Part shown: piece by piece, positions 61,890 to 64,000 of the stretch | Numbering within the stretch: the stretch's first letter is position 1 | How the letters are laid out: every line of letters starts with the position of its first letter | From: Trichoplax sp. H2 | Taxonomy: Eukaryota | Reading direction: 5' to 3' | NCBI GenBank assembly: GCA_003344405.1 | Contig: NOWV01000001.1 | Span: forward strand, 1,116,001-1,180,000 | Length of the DNA stretch: 64,000 nt | The notes under the pieces: generated by a model | The model's input: only the letters and a program-made list of their open reading frames with translations | Database searches by the model: none | What the model was told of the DNA's origin: nothing | Program-made: the position numbers and the translations under genes

Positions 61890-63058
61890 GGTGTACTTTT
61901 AGTACTCTGTAGTCTTTTCGTAATCAAGAGTGAGTCAATATTGTTAGAATATCGTTTTGACTGCACTTTACATTTATACGTGCAGTCAACGCATGCAGTC
62001 GGTATCATGTCATTTCTGATTAATGATTGAGTGAATATGTGTACACTGTATCGCATTAAATTGTTTCTAATTTGTTGATAGAGTTCTCGTAACGGTTTTA
62101 CCGATTCGCTTGTCAGCTAGTTTATATCATAGTCGAAAATATTCAGTTTATTTTATAAAAGATGATGAAAATTTATTTTAATGATAGTCCGAAATTGTAG
62201 CGTCTTTTTGAAGTCTTTGATAATCTGAAAGTGTATCATTGCCGATTTTCGGTTGACTTATTAAATATAGCATCAACTAAATCAATCGCTCAATGTAGAT
62301 GACTTGAGTAGGTGTAGTATATATGCAAGTAGTCATGTCCTTTTTTAAAACAGGAAGATTGGTATTTCCATTGGAAAGACATTGCTGACCGCTAGTTTAT
62401 TAGGTATTTTTCAAAAGTAGGGATTAAATATACGAATTTCCAGTACACGAGTCCGGCCATTTAGATCACATTACTGACATGTGGCCTAGTAAGAAGAGTG
62501 GTGATGCACTTGATTTTCTGAAGTAAAATATTGTCTTCATTTCATATATCGTAAGTCCTACGATCAAACAACTAGGAGAGAGTTCAACGTTTACGAGGGT
62601 ATCCATGCAATGGATCATAATTATACTGCTGCATTAACTTTGACATTAATGCATTTATGTAGGAAATCATGATTGTATGGAATGTTTTATCATGGACTAC
62701 TGGATATACTGTACATCGATGTATCTAGTAGTTTATGGTTTTATCCTCAGTATGCCTTTACTATCCGATGTGTCAAAGCCTGTGATTGTGTAAGTTTTCA
62801 TTAGCTTAGTAATTTCTATACTGTATTTACCACTAGTATGCGGTTGATTCATTCATCATTATACATAACATATAGTATCTACAATATGTCTTAATTAATT
62901 CTAACTGTCAGGAACCAACAACAGCTACTGTAATACTGGGGCCGATGTTCACTTCCTGAGCCATACATTAGTGCTGTAGATGATTTATTAGGTCTTAGAC
63001 CAATGGTCATGAGTGCGCTTGAAATATTGAAATAAAATCCTACTGAATATTGCTTATG

Positions 63059-63814
63059 TACGCGTATACTGTACTATAGGATTAAAGATTAATAAAATTA
63101 GGACTTTTGCCTACCTTTTACGGTTAATGCCCTAATTCATGCAGTTATTAAGGAATCACAAGAGCTGAATGTAATTTCAATTGGAATAAAATCGTCGTCA
63201 ATTCTACCTATATATGACATATGACTATATACGCGTATACTGTACTATGGATCAAGGACATTTCAATTGAAATAAAATCGTCCATAATTTTACACATATA
63301 CACGTACAGTATACTGTACTATACTGTAGGATCAAGGACATTTGCCCATCTTTTACCGTTAATGCTGTATTTCATGCAATTATTAAGGAATGATCAGAGC
63401 TGAATGTCATTTAAACTGGAATATAATCGTATTCAGTTCTACATATATACGCGTATACTGCACTATGGATCAAGGACATTTCAATTGAAATAAAATCGTC
63501 CATAATTTTACACATATACGCGTACAGTATACTGTACTATGCTGTAGGATCAAGGACATTTGCCCGTCTTTTACCGTTAATGCTGTATTTCATGCAGTTA
63601 TTAAGGAATCACAAGAGCTGAATGTGATTTCAATTGGAATAAAATCGTCGTCAGTTCTACCTATATATGACATATGACTATATACGCGTATACTTTACTG
63701 TACTAATGGATCAAGGACATTTCAATTGAAATAAAATCGTCCATAATTTTACATACTGTACTATAGTGTAGGATCAAGGACATTTGCCCATCTTTTACCG
63801 TTAATGCTATATTT
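63059..63814. repeat. Composite tandem repeat, ~220-235-bp unit, ~3.5 copies
   Basis: Units start TACGCGTATACT at ~63059, 63229, 63448 and 63683. The last three each contain two GGATCAAGGACATTT sub-units; the first is a truncated variant. Confidence 0.9.
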
Positions 63815-64000
63815 CCTGTCGTGGTGAAGGAGTCACGTGAGCAGAATGTGATCGATTGTATACAGTATATTCTACTGTACAGTGTACAGTGTACAGTAGA
63901 ACACAGACACAGTAGACAGTACTGTACTGTCCAATGGCACGGCACACACACTCTTGATACAGTATTGCAGGAAGTCGTTGATAGCGCAGTCAGTAGCCAG

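Noticed and set aside
63059..63814. CRISPR-like appearance of recurring GGATCAAGGACATTT
   Set aside because: The spacers are repeated rather than unique, there are no cas genes, and the context is eukaryotic.

Overview
AT-rich, intron-dense animal genomic DNA, most likely the placozoan Trichoplax (inferred from compact introns, the expanded 42-aa TPR family, and one channel whose residue numbering matches my recollection of TadNaC2). Gene order: ELOF1 (-, 3' end outside the window, absent from the ORF track) head-to-head with WDR18 (+, 11 exons). Next is a tandem array of four intact 7-exon ASIC-like DEG/ENaC channel genes (all -), with two decayed TPR-repeat fragments flanking the fourth. 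Then an intronless 1341-aa protein with 30 gap-free 42-aa TPR units (+), and ERCC4/XPF (-, about 30 exons) head-to-head with an intronless SCPEP1-like serine carboxypeptidase (+). A composite tandem repeat ends the window. Most notable: (i) the channel paralogues share one exon architecture but differ at pore, Ca2+-block, proton-sensing and thumb-disulfide positions; (ii) the TPR array has a fixed scaffold with hypervariable positions and nearby same-strand pseudo-cassettes; (iii) a ~200-bp direct repeat brackets channel 4; (iv) a multi-hairpin MITE-like element sits in the ELOF1/WDR18 promoter. Exon boundaries were read by eye from splice signals and frame continuity; no searches were run.
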